Part shown: positions 1-15,300 of the stretch, piece after piece | Layout of the letters: every line of letters starts with the position of its first letter | How positions within the stretch are numbered: position 1 is the first letter of the stretch | Origin: Balanoglossus misakiensis | Taxonomy: Eukaryota; Animalia; Hemichordata | NCBI GenBank assembly: GCA_040954595.2 | Contig: CM082586.2 | Location: 6,372,509-6,436,508, forward strand | DNA length: 64,000 nucleotides | Reading direction: 5' to 3' | Position numbers and translations under genes: made by a program | Notes under the pieces: generated by a model | What the model saw: only the letters and a program-made list of their open reading frames with translations | What the model was told of the DNA's origin: nothing | The model's database searches: none

Positions 1-152
1 TTCTGCTGCTTGTATGAAAAAAGATGCTGCACGTACGATTATGCCTGTGCGTAGTCTCAATACTTGGGCAAAGACTGACTGTGTCATTCAACTTGTTCAG
101 TAGAGTAGTAACCTCGATTAACAAAAGTTGATTTTCTCCCTTTTCTGCGCAG

Positions 153-335
153 GGCCACATGTCCGGTCAGATCGTCAAGGCATTGAGTCTGCACAACCTG
201 CAGATCTTGGCAGACGGTGAGATCCAGTCCTGGTACCCGCCAGATCCCGATTCGCCAGATGTCAACCCAGACTACCCATCTCTGATATTGGATATCAAGG
301 AGAGACTCCACATTCACCCTGGTGGCTCACTACAG
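153..335 (+). CDS. Giant gene exon 1 in window (GHMSGQIVK...PGGSLQ)
   Basis: Pyrimidine tract + cag at 150-152; donor CAG|gtgaag; overlaps ORF 159..437. Confidence 0.8.
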
Positions 336-3300
336 GTGAAGACTTCAAGGGACAAAGTCTCTCTCTCGCTGTCCTATTTCCATTTATTATGTTTGATGCA
401 AGACACTGGTTATGTTATTCTACTTGTGGATGTATAGTGAATCAATGTTCGACCACACACAACTTCTTTCCCACTTGTAGACACGAGAGTGAAAAAACTC
501 GCCAAAATGAATAATCAGTCTCTACCATTTATTCATATTGGCGAGATTTTTGCTTTGATAGCCTACAAACGGGCAACTTGTGCTTGTCTTAAATATTCTT
601 TACTATTCATTCATTTTAGACACATTGGCTTGAGATGACAGCAGACACAGTGTTGCTTGACCAGGCAGGTGTTATCGATGTGAGTGGTCAGAGTAGAGAC
701 TACAGGAATGGCGGAATTAACAGTGAATATTGGGGTGAGTATTGGCAACATTTTTATCATCATTGTACATAACCTGCCAGTAACCCAAGTCGTTCAATTG
801 TACTGTACATTTCAATATTTTTACATTGTGGATTTTCAATATTGCTGGCATGGTTTGGGTGAGTGTATATGTATCACTTGATCAAAGCATTCTATTTTTG
901 GCTTTATGCCAATTTACTAATAAAATAGTATGTATAATTTTGTAACAGTTTTATTTGATTCATAATCGATGGCTCTGCTAGGTAGTTTTAGAAGACTTTT
1001 CTGTTTTTTATGAACTTTTTTCAATGTGTGAATTTTTATTACTCTTCCCCAGGTGCTTCTGGTGGTGGTCATGGTGGAAGTGGGGGCCAGGGATACAAAA
1101 CGACCACAGTTGGACCTGCCTTTGGCTACCTGCACCACCCGATAGATTTTGGCACTGGGGGTGGAAGCTCCGACCGGTATACTGACTACGGCGGGCCTGG
1201 TGGCGGCGTGGTCAGCGTTATCGCGAATGTAATCGAAATCCGTGGCAGCGTGATGGCGGATGGCAACGCGGCCGCTAACGGTCGAAGTGGCGGTGGCAGT
1301 GGCGGTGGCATCTTCATGCAGAGTCGCGAGTTCCACGGCGACGGTGCCATCTCGGTCAACGGCGGCTCGGTGCCCGGCGGCAGCAGTTATCCCGGCGGTG
1401 GCGGCGGAGCGGGCCGCATCGCCGTCGACTTCGACGACTACTACTTCACGGGAAGCCTGCAGGCGCACGGTGGGACGAGCGGGCAGGAGGCGGGAGGCGC
1501 CGGCACTGTTCTACTCTACAGCACGCTGACGCGCAACGCCACGCTCCTGGCCGACAACAACAACCACGGCTACCCGCTGGAACCGCAGATCGACTACGCA
1601 CACCTGGTGGGCAGGCACAGGGGCACGGACAGCTGCAGGACCTGGATAGTCGACCAACCGGGAGAAGAGTTCATATTCGTTGACATGCAGATTACGGGGC
1701 AGGCGCACCTGGCCATTGTCCGACCCTGGCCAGACAACGGACAAGACCAGCTGGTCTACACCGAGAAGTCAACGGGAGATGGTTCAGGAATGGTTCATGT
1801 TGGACCCATGCAGGTTAGTATTCTATCACTACCACTCATGTGATATAGAAAGTACAGGTATATAGACAAGTTCAGCTTTCAGTGATGATCTCTATGTGTA
1901 AAAGTAACAGTACAGGGTCATCGGTACTTGCAGTCATATTGGATTGCATTGCAAAACAAATTGGCATTCAAATTGCATCATACCTTACAGTACATACAAG
2001 TCATGTACTTTCACTTCAATTCCTCAGATTTTCGATGTCGAACTTCCACATGATAGCCCTCGCCTCAGATGGGGTACAACTGTCTACCCACAAGGTGAAT
2101 TCATTATAGCTGATTTGCTGGAAATCCATGAGGTTACTGTCGTCATCGAGGGCACTCTCAATGGTGGAAGGAACATCAGTATAGGCCTTGGAGGCAACCT
2201 TGTCCTTCGGTATGTATCGGGGGTATAAGATTTTAATTTTTGTGTCATTTTAAGGATTTTAACATCAGTACTTTGTCATGCACAGAGTAAGCCCTGACCA
2301 ACTGTTGAAAGTTCTGTTATTTTTTGCCATTTTAAAATATACTAAATGAATCCTTTTGTCTGTCTGTGTAGGCATATTAGCAACGATACACACCACAGCA
2401 TTCGTACTCTTAGCTTTGAAAACCTCATTGTCCACGGAGGTGGTCGCATCATCTCTGAGAGCGACGAAGAAGGCCTGACTCTCTTGGTGGATAAACTTCA
2501 CCTTGCCAGCGGCGGCACATTTGAAGCTGACAGACTGACAGTGATAGCTGATGATGTCATCATTGAAGACCAGTCGGTCATTGATCTCAGTGGAAAGGTA
2601 TGCAAATAAGATGTTTAAGCATATATGGAGTTGAACTGGTCAAAATCGAGTGGTATACCAAGGCTGGGGGTGTTTTATTGCTATTATATTATGCCAGTAT
2701 ATTGAAACTTTGCATAAAACATTTTAAAAAGGCATTTTCTTTGACTATGATATATGACTGTGGAATATGACAAATATATCACAGTCACGTGTCGTGTCTC
2801 GACCAATAAAATAGCGTGACTAACACCATCAATATACTGGTATAATATAATAAGCTTTAAAACCCTAATGGCAAACGCTCTGATTGTTGAAAAATTATTT
2901 GTGAACACTTAAATTTGAATTACAGTGATTCATGTGTTGCCAGATGTTGTAATCATCACTTGACACATGCATGTGGTAATTTACGTTGGCTATTTTAAGT
3001 GATGAAGGCTAGCTAAATTGTTAACATTTTGTGTCTTTGTTTCTCAGTCTCATGTGAGTGGTGATCCAGGCTACGGAGAGGGTCGCGTGTGGGGATCCGG
3101 TGCCGGCCACGGTGGACAAGGCGGAGGTACCGGAACCATGTCTCCCGGCGGCGGGAAGTTCTACGGTGATTTCGTACATCCGGAAGACTTTGGCAGCATG
3201 GCTAGCAACCAGAAAGCCTACGGAGGAGGGGTGTTGAAGATTGAGGCCCAGAAGACGCTGCGTGTTGACGGTACTATACGAAACAACGGCGATGCCGGTG

Positions 3301-6300
3301 ATTCCAGCGGTGGTGGTGGTGGTGCCAGTGGTGGTAGTGTGTTGATTTTGGCGGAAATCTTGACTGGTGTGGGAACTGTGGAATCCAATGGAGGTGCAGG
3401 TATGAAAAGTGAAAATGCAACAGATACAATTGCATACAAATCATTTTCAAATCGCAAACAAGGCATCTAAATTATTAGAATATTTTTAGTGTTGCTTATG
3501 GCCAACTATCATAATGGACTGCACAAATATGAGTCATGTTTTTGGAACTTGAAGAAAATAAATCTGATACACAGATGTTCTGAAACCAAATGTTACAGCA
3601 AATCGTGTGTTAAAGGAAAACAATCACTTCTGCTTTTTAATACATTTACATAACAATATACATGTATGGTAAAAAGGGCTAATGACTGTCTTTTTTGACA
3701 TGACTGCCTGGTGAAAATTTTAAAAGTATGATTCACACTTTTCATAGTGACATACATCTGATAGCAAATGTAGGTGATTATGATTTGGTCTGCTTGCCCA
3801 TCAGCGATCGGATCTCAGACTGGAGGTGGTGCTGGAGGTCGCATTGGTGTACACATGAACCAGAACTACTTTGAGGGAATCATGACAGCCTATGGCGGCG
3901 CATCAAGCTATGAACCAGGTGCAGCCGGAACAGTGTACTATGAATGGACAGACGGAGAAAACAGGAAAAATAAACTGTTCGTTGATAATAATGGGCAGAG
4001 GACTAAAGCAGTGAGTTTGAATATTTTATTGCATTATGTCACAGTGACTGATTATTCTTCTGGCTTTGACATAAGTCTTCAAATGAGAGAAGCACAATTG
4101 TTTTCATTTAATGTCTAAATCTAGAATTCACAATCTGAATTCGACATAATAGCCAAAAATGAATTTTACTTGTCATTACTGACCGATAAATCTTCTATTC
4201 AGCTCTTGGCAGAAATGAATTATTCTTAAATGTATTACAAACATACGGAGTACCGTACATTATAAGCAGTACATACAAGTTTTCTTTGTTAAACTCTCAT
4301 GTCTTGGAAACACCCTCATCTGTTCCTGACAAATAGCATTTGCTGAAACTGATTATCTATATCTCAAATTTTGCAGGATCGTATTGAAGATTATTTCTAT
4401 CATGCTGAAACCAGTGGCGTCACATGGATTGCACTTCCAACAGATGACTTCTCGGTTGACAAGTTGACATTGTCAGGCAATGCCCATTTTGCCTTTGAAG
4501 CTTCGCCTCTCTTACCCAAGGAGCTGTCTGTGACAACATTCGCTGGCGAAGGCTACAACGACTACGACAAATACGGTGTCTTGCACGTAGGACCGAAACA
4601 GACCGTGCGCATTAAGCAGTCAGAGTACTACTTCCCGTGTAATCTACGAGTGTATGAAACCGGCGACATCAACATCCCCAGCAAGATCATGCTCGCCAAC
4701 GTCGATTTCTTCGTCGACGGTGGTTTCGGCGGGCCCAAACAGCTCTCGCTCTCAAACGGCAAGATAGCGTTTGGCGAGAACGGACGGTCTTCGTCGGAGG
4801 GCGCTCGTCGGAGCTACTCTTTCACTGATGTAACCATTCTGGATGGCGGCGTCATCGAAATGGTGGAGGCCAGCAAGAAGTATTCCGTCACGGCCAACAT
4901 GATCCACATTCATCCCCGAGCTACATGGATAGCGAAAATGATGGAGTTAGATGCCAATACGATCACCATTGACCCAGAAGGTCATCTCCATGCCGACTAC
5001 ACAGGTCACTCTATATATACTGGCAGTTGTAAGTACTCAATAATTTTAGTCACTTCCCCAGATTAAAGGTTTTATAACCTTTGATTGTTGCGATATTTTC
5101 AGTATTAGTAAACTGATTTTTATTCAGCATCATTATAAATTTTATCCTTCTCTAAGAAGTCTGAATGTTAATTTTTCAATACCAGCCGAGGGTTGTCTAA
5201 AATGAAGATTCTTCAATTAAGTTTTAGCTTATTTCCAGTTTTCCTTAAAGTTTACACTTGTATCATTTTTGTTTGAAACTGATTATAGGAGCTATGCCAT
5301 TGTTGATGCTGTATTTAATGTTAAAAGATGCAACATTTTTCTCTCAAAAAACTACTTCTTGTGGTATCAATGGGAATATTTTGACAGTGTATGACATTAT
5401 GTCTTACCACACGTAATATTCAGATACCATCTTCGGAGGGTCAGGTGGTGCCCATGGTGGCGATGGTGGTATTGGAGAACATGAAACACTGCACAGTGAA
5501 TCGTATGATTCTGTTGTGGAACCAGTGGACCAGGGTGAACCTGGCGGCTGTGGAAGTTATGACTGCAGTCTGTCTGGAGCTCCGGCTGGTGGGGGTGCCC
5601 TTCACATCATTGCGGATGTCATTGAGCACCATGGTGTAATCAGTGCAAGGTATTAAGATGTGTCTTTGAACTGCTCCTCAACCCTGAAATGTTATGACTG
5701 TTTGCAGGCTCCACCATTCAGGATTAAAACTGCCTTGAAAAAATCGGTTGAAATCTGTCACATGCAATCTTTAAAGGTTCTGGAGTAGTTTCAGCCAAGC
5801 TAGAATGTCTCTGAAGGTTTTACTGAAAACGGGGTTCCATCTGTGATTTAGAAAATGGTTGTCTAGACTGTAGAAATTGTCATTATAAAATATTTTCGAA
5901 CGTGAATTCAAAAGGTAAAAAGATGAGATTCTGTTGCTGTATTCCATAATCATAACCAAAAAATCTGGTCCTAGAATGAACATAAGTATCTGATGATAAA
6001 ATAGTGTCCATGTCTCATGTCTTCTGTTATATTTTACAGAGGTCAAAATGCAGACGATATAAGTACAGGTTATAAAGCAGGCGGAGGTGCTGGAGGCAGT
6101 GTATGGATTGATGCAAAGACAATCACAGGCAATGGTAAGATCAAATGATGTTCTATTCCTTCTATATGCAATAAATTAATTCAGTTTCATTACTATTACC
6201 CAATTATGCATTTTGTTAATATGATTGTTTCCTCCATGAATACATGTACCATTATCATTTTGCCCCAATCTGCTGATGTCAAAATAAAATTTCAGCGCCG

Positions 6301-9300
6301 TATCTTACCTTTTCTTGAGAACAGGTCACATTGATGTCAGTGGAGGCAACGGGCACAAAAATTCGTCTAACTATTATGGAGGGGGTGCTGGAGGAGGCTA
6401 CATAGCCATAGAGTATGAAGAAATGGAGATCACTGGTGACACTTTGGCAAGAGGAGGGTACGGACACCAAAACGGAGCGGCAGGGGCTGTTTATCTCGCT
6501 CAAATGACAGAAACTCAGGAAAAGAGAAAGGTAAGGAATGATGGAAAGGGTCTTTAGAAACCACCCCTGGATAATACTGGAATTCAACAGCTGTAGTGAA
6601 AAGTTCTGGATTAGAAACTGGTCCTAAAAAGCCCAGTTGTGCTGTGCAGCTGTATTAAATGTAAATTACCATGAGAAAATGCAAACTCAGTAACCCTAAA
6701 AACTAATGTTTTTGGTCTCAGAAATTCTGTGGATGTCAATGGGAAAAGACTAATGTAAAGTCTTGGAATTTTGAGTGAATCACAGTTAATGGGCATTAAT
6801 CTATCAATGATAAAGTTATTTTCTTCATCACAAACGTTCTGTGGTCACCCTACTTTTTAACTACTCATGATCTGTTAACCCTGACTTGATTTTTACCTGT
6901 ACACAGGTGCTTGTTAATAACCACAACATGGCCACACATGCGGATGAAGCAGAAGACGTCTTCTCCCGCATCAATCTCCACGAGGATATCGCCTTCTGGT
7001 ACTTTGATGAGATAGACATCCGGGGACAAGCCAACGCTGCCTTCGTCAACAGAAGTGCCAGTACGGAGCAACCTGTGTGCTTCAACATCGGCAAGATAAC
7101 CGGCGACAGGAAATCGCTGTTGCAGACGACCAAGAAACAGGAATTGTACGTAGGCGACTGCGGGTGCGTTGGGGCGTGCTACTTCAATGAGAAGGAGACA
7201 GATCTGGAAGTGAACATCAACGTGGCAAACTACAGCGTGCTGGGGACGGCTGAACGACTCGTGATACGAGACGGCATCAGGCTAGAGGTCTGCAGTGAAC
7301 TCGCTGGGGCTAAGGACATCACGGTGCAACATGGTGGACAACTTGTGACCAGCTTCCCGGCCAAAAGTGAAGGCCGACCAGTCGGCTTCATGTACTTTGA
7401 TTCGATAACGCTGCTGAAAAATGGCGTGTGGAACAGCCAGAGTTCTTGCAGAAATCCAAATAATAAAGACCTGTACGTCTACTTGAATGACCTGGTTGAA
7501 TATTGGGACTCCGAGTTCTCAGACGACGGGATGAATATTAGCATCAGTGGGAACCATACCGAAATCACAGCCGGTGAACCGTACCCAAGTTTTTACTGCG
7601 AAACGGGCGATCCTGTGTTGCATTTACAGACTGGACAAACGTGTACTCTTGCAGCCGGCAGCTTCAGTTTCGATTCCATCGTTATCGACGCGGATGCCGA
7701 GATCATCCTCGAAGGCGACCCATCAGGTTTGGTGAAAACGCACATCGACGTGGACGACTTGACTGTACACTTGGACGGCGCCGTGCGAGGTGTTGGCGCT
7801 GGATACCAGTATGGTGGTCCGGGCGCGTCCAACGGAATCGCTGGTGGCAGCCACGGAGGGCTCGGCGGTGGAGTGGTGGACACCGGTGGTTTGTACGGAA
7901 GCGTCTCGACACCGGATGCGTACGGCAGCAGTGCTAACACAACCCACGGCGGCGGCCAGCTCTCGGTGACAGTCACCAACAGTTTGACGAACCACGGTTT
8001 GATTGACGTCAGCGGAGAAGATTCCATCGACGCCCTCTACGGAGGCGGAAGTGGTGGAAGCCTTCACATCACGGCGGATAGAATCATCGGTACTGGAGAA
8101 TTCCGTTCGCAGGGTGGCGATGGAATTTCCGGCAGTTATGGAGGCGGCGGTGGAAGAATCTCTCTCCAAGTTTCCGGTTCTGAACTGGAGTTTGATGGTG
8201 TAATCGATGTCAACGGTGGCTCTGGTGCACTTTCTGGATTGGCAGGTAAATGACTGTGATAAGCAAACAGTGTGATAGCAAACTTTCCCAGGATTATAAT
8301 TGTAAATGTTCATGTTTGAAGAAAATGACTAAACCACTCTTTTAGGATTTACAAATTGGCACCCAAATTTACGAGATGGAGTCCGCAAGTTACACTGTGA
8401 CCGTAGCATTCATATTACTATTCTCAGTCATTATCTTTTGTATATTTTCAGGTACTGTCTTTGTGACTGATCGACCAAGATCTGGTTTAGAGTCGAAGCT
8501 TATCCTGAAGGCATCTGATGGAGAGACAATGCTGATACCAAATTCATCTTGGTCAGACATTGCCAACTTGGATGAACTTCACGTGTTGGAAGGTGCGGTG
8601 TTTGTAGTAGACAACGACATGAGTGTTACGACGCTAGCAGGTGACGGAACAGGGAAGATCATTGTTGAGAACAGTGCTGTCCTGGTAATAAGGGGTGTTA
8701 CCGTTCAGGCTATAGGTACACAGTGTAGTTTCGAGATCAAGTCTGGTTCCGAGGTCAGATTCATTTCTGACGTGGTGCTGAGTGGCCCGGGCTCCGAGGT
8801 CATGGCCCTGGATGGTAGACTGACGGCGCCGAGCGTGACTGTCGGAGAAAATGAATTGATGCGGGTCAGCGACGGCGCTGTTTTTGAAACTGCGGAGTTG
8901 AAACTGCGAATGCAGGCAGGTGCTGTGTTCCAGCCACTCTCCAGGGCCGGCATGAATGCCGAGCAAGCCCCGCCGGGAAATTTCTCATTTTCAGTCGTCG
9001 AGGTCGGGGTGGAGGCCGACTTGTCTTTCGAAGCCCAGGAACTGATACTGGGGAGCGAAACGCTGAAAGTTCGAACCGGAGGCGTTCTGCAGCTATCCGG
9101 GGAGAACAAGACACTGATGGTCTATTCGAACGTGACCGCTGTGGAAGCAGAAGGAAGAATTTCCGTTGATTTCGGAGGATCCGCCGAGGGACCCGGGAAA
9201 CCAGACAATGCTTATGACGGAGCCAGCCACGGAGGTGAAGGAGGAAGCAGCAACAGTGACCTTGGCGACGTCTACGGGTCCACATTCCGCCCCAGCGAGT

Positions 9301-12300
9301 TTGGAAGTGGTTGCGGTTCGCTCGTCACTCCGACCAAAGGAGGCGGAATCCTTCGCATGAAAGTAGATGGTATACTGAACGTTCAGGGTATCATCTCTAG
9401 TGATGGGAGCAGCAATGGTAACGTCTGTGGTGGAGGCAGTGGGGGAAGCATCTACATTGAAGCTAGCGTCTTTGAAGGTCATGGACAGGTCACAGCACAC
9501 GGTGGCGCTGGTCAGAGCGATCTGACCGGCGGCGGAAGTGGAGGGCGGATCGCCGTGTACAGTGACGATGCCTCGCTCTTCAGTGGCAAAGTCTTGGCTC
9601 ATGGTGGACCTGGAAAGTTTGCCGGCGCTGCCGGAACAGTCTACATGAAATATCCAGAGTACGGATTGGAGACTGATTACGTCATCATTGACAACAACAA
9701 GCAAGACACCGAGAGCAACACGGTTATTTTGAATTTTGGCGAAGCACACCTGGCCATGGCCAACCTGGTGCTGACCAATCACGGCAGAGTGGAAGGCAGG
9801 AGCTACCAGACCATAGAGGTTGGACGATTGCATGGCGACAACACAGGCACCGTTACTGTCAACGACCAGCAATACATGTCGATCGCAACCTCGTTTGGGA
9901 CCAGCCACCCGTACATCTTGCACAGTTCCATCATCGTCAAAGAAGGTGGCGAGATCAAGCTGCCGACCCAGGTGTACATTGACGCCACAGACCACAAGCA
10001 CGCGTCTTTCATTCTCTCAGGAACACTCAACGGCGCACAGGATCTGTGGATCAGTGACAATGCAATAGTCCAGGTGTACGAAACAGCAAGCACTGCTCTT
10101 TCTGTGAACGGTGAATATGTCTACAGGGATGACCCAGGGTTCCTTACCCTAAATACACTTCACCTTTTGAGTAATGGACAATTCCTCTTCGAAACGGGCC
10201 TGAATTTTGTGATCCAGTTGGACGTTGCAACGGAAATAAACATCCGCTACGGTGGAAAGATAGTTGCCAATAACTTGAAGATCTCCACAGCAAAGCTGAA
10301 TATAGACTACCAGGGGGAAATTGGCGTTGATGGTGGTGGCTACGCAGCTGAAGAAGGTCCAGGTGCTGGTGTGTCTGTTACTACTGGCGCATCAGGAGCT
10401 AGTCATGGTGGTTGTGGTGGTACAGGATCTGGAGGGCTTGAAACACCGATCTGTGCGTACGGGACCCTCTATGAAAGCACAGAAGCCGGCAGTGGGGGCG
10501 GAAGTAGCTCGGGTGGTACCGGCGGCACGGGTGGTGGCGTGTTGGACGTCCAGGCAGGAATGGTGCGACTGGATGGATCACTGACTGCCGGTGGTCTCGG
10601 TGGGACTGGGTCTGCCGGTGGCGGTTCTGGTGGCACTGTCTTTTTGGACATCGACGACAAGTTGATTGGATCGGGCGTGGTCCAAGCAACGGGTGGCCAT
10701 GGTGGCTCATCAGGTGGTGGTGGCGGCGGCGGTGGTCGCGTCTCCATTCACGCTGCCACGACCTCCAAATACACGGGATCGTACAAAGTCAACGGCGGGA
10801 ATGGGGTCAACGGACTTTCCGAATCCGGTGGCTCTGGCACCGTTTACAAAAAGCAGCTGAAAGACGGCATAGTCTACAACATGCTGTATGTGGACAATGG
10901 CGGAATCAATCCCACCGACGCACCCCGCGGAACTGTCCTGAACGAAACTGAGATAACAGAATTTGAATTCAACGAACTGCACGTAAAAGACCATGTCGTC
11001 CTGCAGATTGAAGGGAAGAACACTTCCTTGATAGCCGATGAGTTCTACGGTGATGTAACCAGTGTCGTTCATATCCATGACAGCATGATGATGGAAGTCG
11101 ACAAGGATCTCCAGACGACAATGTTAGAGAGCAGCTTCCACCTGGACGAGGGCGGTGAACTCAGATTACCAGCAAAGGTCACGTTCCTGGGTCCAGACAA
11201 TATTCTTTCTGGTAAGTTTAAATGATTGTGTAATTTCAACTTGATTCTTTGGTGAGCATTATATGAACATGTGTACAATGTAACATTCCAGGACGCAACA
11301 GTAAGGGGAGACTTTGCCCTACCCCAGCAACCACAACAATTTATGGGGGGTTTGAGGGGGGGGGTAGAATCTATGGCTTTCTGTACCAAATATAGTAACC
11401 CCTTTTCAGATTTGTGGATAATGAATGTTACTAGTTGCTGATTACTTGAATATTTTTGCAATGCTGTTCTGACTGTTTCCTGATTTCTGTCATGTTATTG
11501 TTACCACAGGGACACTGACCAACATCTACGAACTCATAGCAGCCGCCCACCAGAGCATCATCTTCTCAGCGGTGGGTCGCACGGCCCTCTACACGGACGG
11601 AGAGTACACCTACATCTCAGAACCCGGAGCCTACAAACTGACCTCGCTCACCCTGAAAGACCACTCCAGTGTGACCTTCCTGGGTCATGACAACCCAGCC
11701 GATGCCAAGGCTCTTTCGTTTGGAACGCTGGAAGAGAACTACGGAGCAGTGCTGTATGGCAAGGCGTTGAAAATCGATGCCAACGAAATTCTCCTTCATG
11801 CCGGTTCGACAGTTAATTTGATTGGCGGTGGATATGACTCAGATCAGGGACCTGGATCCGGGTTTTTGGTAAGCACAGTTTTTGGTGTACTTTGGTTAAT
11901 TTCTTGAAAGAAAATTTGTCAAAAAGTATCATAAAAAACCAACTCAGTTAAAAAACGTTCTTTGCAATTTACGTACATTTGAATTTCATCCTGAGACTTG
12001 CAGTTAAGTAGTTTCGCGATACCATATTTATATCTTCAGAATTTTATTTAAGGAAAACAGCTAATTATATACGGTACATGTACCTATGGTGCAAATGTCA
12101 TTTCCAATGAAAGACTAAACTTCAATCATTATTTGTTATTTATTTTCAATATTTACATTTCTAGATAAATGGCATAGGCACAGGCGGTGGACATGGTGGC
12201 TTTGGAGGTATTGACAAAGAATCTGGCGATGTTGGTGGCACGTGGTATGATACGATCAGAAACCCTGTACAGAGTGGTAGTGGCGGTGGCAGTAGTGATG

Positions 12301-15300
12301 CTGGCAGTGGTGGCACTGGAGGTGGCTACGTAGAATTGAATCTGAGTGGCAACCTTACTCTCGAAGGTATATTTGTTCACGTTTGCTAATAAACCGTTAC
12401 AAACTTTTAAAACAACCTTTGAAGTTGACATTGCTATTTCTTTCAGAGTTCTAAAAAATCACTTTTTTGTTCAATTTGTTTCATTTTCTATGGTCTTTTA
12501 CCCTTTCACCACCATGGTTCAGTCTAAAGCCATTGTTTTCTATGGTAAAGTTGGGTCTGTGAAGAGGGAACTGGGGTGAAAGGGTTAAAAGTGAACACTC
12601 ATCAGCCATGCAAGGTACACTTTTATCTGAGAAATTGTGTTTGCATTAACAAAGAATGGCAAAGAAACTTTATAATCAGTATTGGCACCAATACGGGTGG
12701 AGATAAGCTATTCCCTTCACATTCAAATTGCTTCAAATTTTTAATATGAAATTTATTTTGTTTGATTTCAGGAACGATTGATGTAAGTGGTAGTGTTGGT
12801 AATGGCGCCAACACCGGTGGTGGTAGTGGAGGCTCTGCTGTGATTAAATGCTCCCAGATGCTCGGTCATGGCTTCCTCAAGGCAAATGGTGGTGTCGGAA
12901 CTGGTCAAGGTGGTGGCGGTTCTGGTGGACGAGTTGCTATGTTCATCAACAATGAGTATGTCAAGTTGTTGTAGAATTTGTCACTTTCTGTAATAATAGA
13001 TAAACATTGTGTTAAACTAACTTGGACACAGATGCAGCACAAACTTAGTACTTAAGTGAAATCTCCATAGGCTGTCAAGTAAGCAGTGAAGAACCTTATT
13101 TCCTGTCAAATTTAGTGACATTTGTAATTATTACATTACCTTCAAATTCCAGTAAAAGTACGCAGAAAAAACTATTTCAAGAATTTAGAATGATCACTGC
13201 TTTCTTTGTAGATTCACCTTTGATGGCACCATAACAACCTATGGATCACGCAATGATGTGCCATTTGATTCATACGGGGGTGGCGTTGGTACAATTTTCA
13301 TCGAAGAAATCATCAACCAGCGTAAGGTGCACCACTTGATTGTTGATGGAGATGTCACAGATAGTCTGCACGAGCAAGCGCCGACTCTGATATCAGATGT
13401 TGCAGAGACAGCCTATGTGTATGATACGCTGTCCATGAAAGGTAGGGATTCCTTGACAAGAATCATTTGTGTTCTGCACTATAGTCACACACACACATAT
13501 ATGTACATACATCATATACATACACACACACGTACAGACACATACACCCAAATGCATTGAATTACAAGCAAACATGTGGCATGTGCTCAGGCATACTTTA
13601 GATGTTAAGCCTTCATTTTGGCATCCTGTTGCCAAAACCACAAAACAACTATTTAGTTGACTTGCCTAATTCATTTACATCAGTTACAAATACAATAAAA
13701 CATAATAGCTTTGTATTTAATATAACTTTTTCTGGAACAATTCATTTCAGGATATGCCAGATTGTATGTGGATGGTAACTCAACAATTACAAGAGTGAAC
13801 AGTTTCTCAGGAGACAAAACTGCTACATTCGTCATTCCTGGTCATCAAGTCCTCTATGTAGAGTACATCGAAGGCCAAGCCACACATGTCATAACTCACG
13901 TCAATTACGAAGTCGGGGAAACTGCAACGCTAGTGTTTCCAGAGAGTCTATCCTTGGCTGAGACCAAGCTTGCTGTGAAAGGTCGTCTAGTAGCCAGAGT
14001 TGTTGTCATTGAACCTCAGGGAGAGATGATACTGTACAATACCAGCTACACAGCCGTTACGTCCGGAGATGAGTTTATCGACACCAGCGAACCTGGGTCT
14101 TATTTGTTCACGTCTCTGACCATCAAGAGAAATGCCGTGTTAACAGTCACAATTGGTGGACTGACGATGACGGTCGACTTGTTTGAACTGAAGAGGGACG
14201 TCACTTTGGAGGCTGAATACTTCAACATCACTGCAATTACAATTTACATCGACAGAAATGCCGTGCTGGATGTCACTGGCATGGCTCCGGCAAACCCTGA
14301 CCATCCGAGCGCTGGTGATCCGACAACAGCTGGTGGTGGTGCATACGCTGGCCCCGGTGGTGTTGCTAGTGGTGTCAGTGTAGAAACCGCAGCCCAACCC
14401 TTTGGGACTGTTTACACCCCGCAAGAATTTGGCACGATGGGTGGTTCAGGTGGCACTGGTGGAGGTATAGTCCGCATAGTGACCTCAGAGCTACATGTGA
14501 ACGGGTACATCACAGCAGATGGTACAACAGGGGGTGGCAGTGGGGGTAGTGTGTGGTTAACATGCGACAACCTCCTCAACGGTTATGGTCACATCTCGTC
14601 CGTGGGTGGCCAAGGAACATCTGTGAATACCGGCAGTGGGAGTGGTGGACGCATTGCCATCTACACACCAGAAGTAAACCATTACCATGGAACAATAGCA
14701 GCCGGAGGGGGCAGCGGAAGTAGCAGTGGCCCTGGTGGACCTGGCTCCATCTACATACACGAGATCAAGGAAGGCGTCCCGTATGAAACACTGAAAGTCG
14801 ACAACAGCAACAAGCAAACTGTCCACTATTTCACCCTGAAAGAAAACTGGATTGACTACGAGATTGATGAGTTGCACCTCAACAACAAGGTGAAGTTCCA
14901 GCTGCCGCCGGACAACATCACGAGGGTTTTCAACATCCGCAAACTTGTGGGTGACGCTACCGCCTTGTATCACATTCACAATGGCCATTCGGGCATCCTG
15001 GAGAGAGAACTGACGGAGAATGTCACCAGCACCAAGACTCCGGTAAACATCCGCGTGGATGAGGGCGGTGAGGCCGTCATGGCCAGCAGCACGTGGCTGA
15101 TTGGTTTGGTGGACGACTACCCAGCGCTGGCCTTGTCCGGTCGATTAACCGGAGTACACAATCTGTTCCTCCATGACGAGAGAAGAATGGAAGTTACCAG
15201 GACTGCCCAGACTGCCGAGTTGGCTACATCAACAGGTGAACAGGTTGTTGATCCACCTGGCGAATTCACTTTCTCTGAGCTTGAACTGTACGCGGGCAGT

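Noticed and set aside
8376-8451. ATG plus hydrophobic stretch (MESASYTVTVAFILLFSVIIFCIFS) resembling a signal peptide that starts a separate gene
   Set aside because: It is the T-rich 3' end of intron 12. Exon 12 (GLA-G) splices in phase to exon 13 (G-TVFV), completing the conserved AGTV motif. An alternative start cannot be fully excluded without 5' data.
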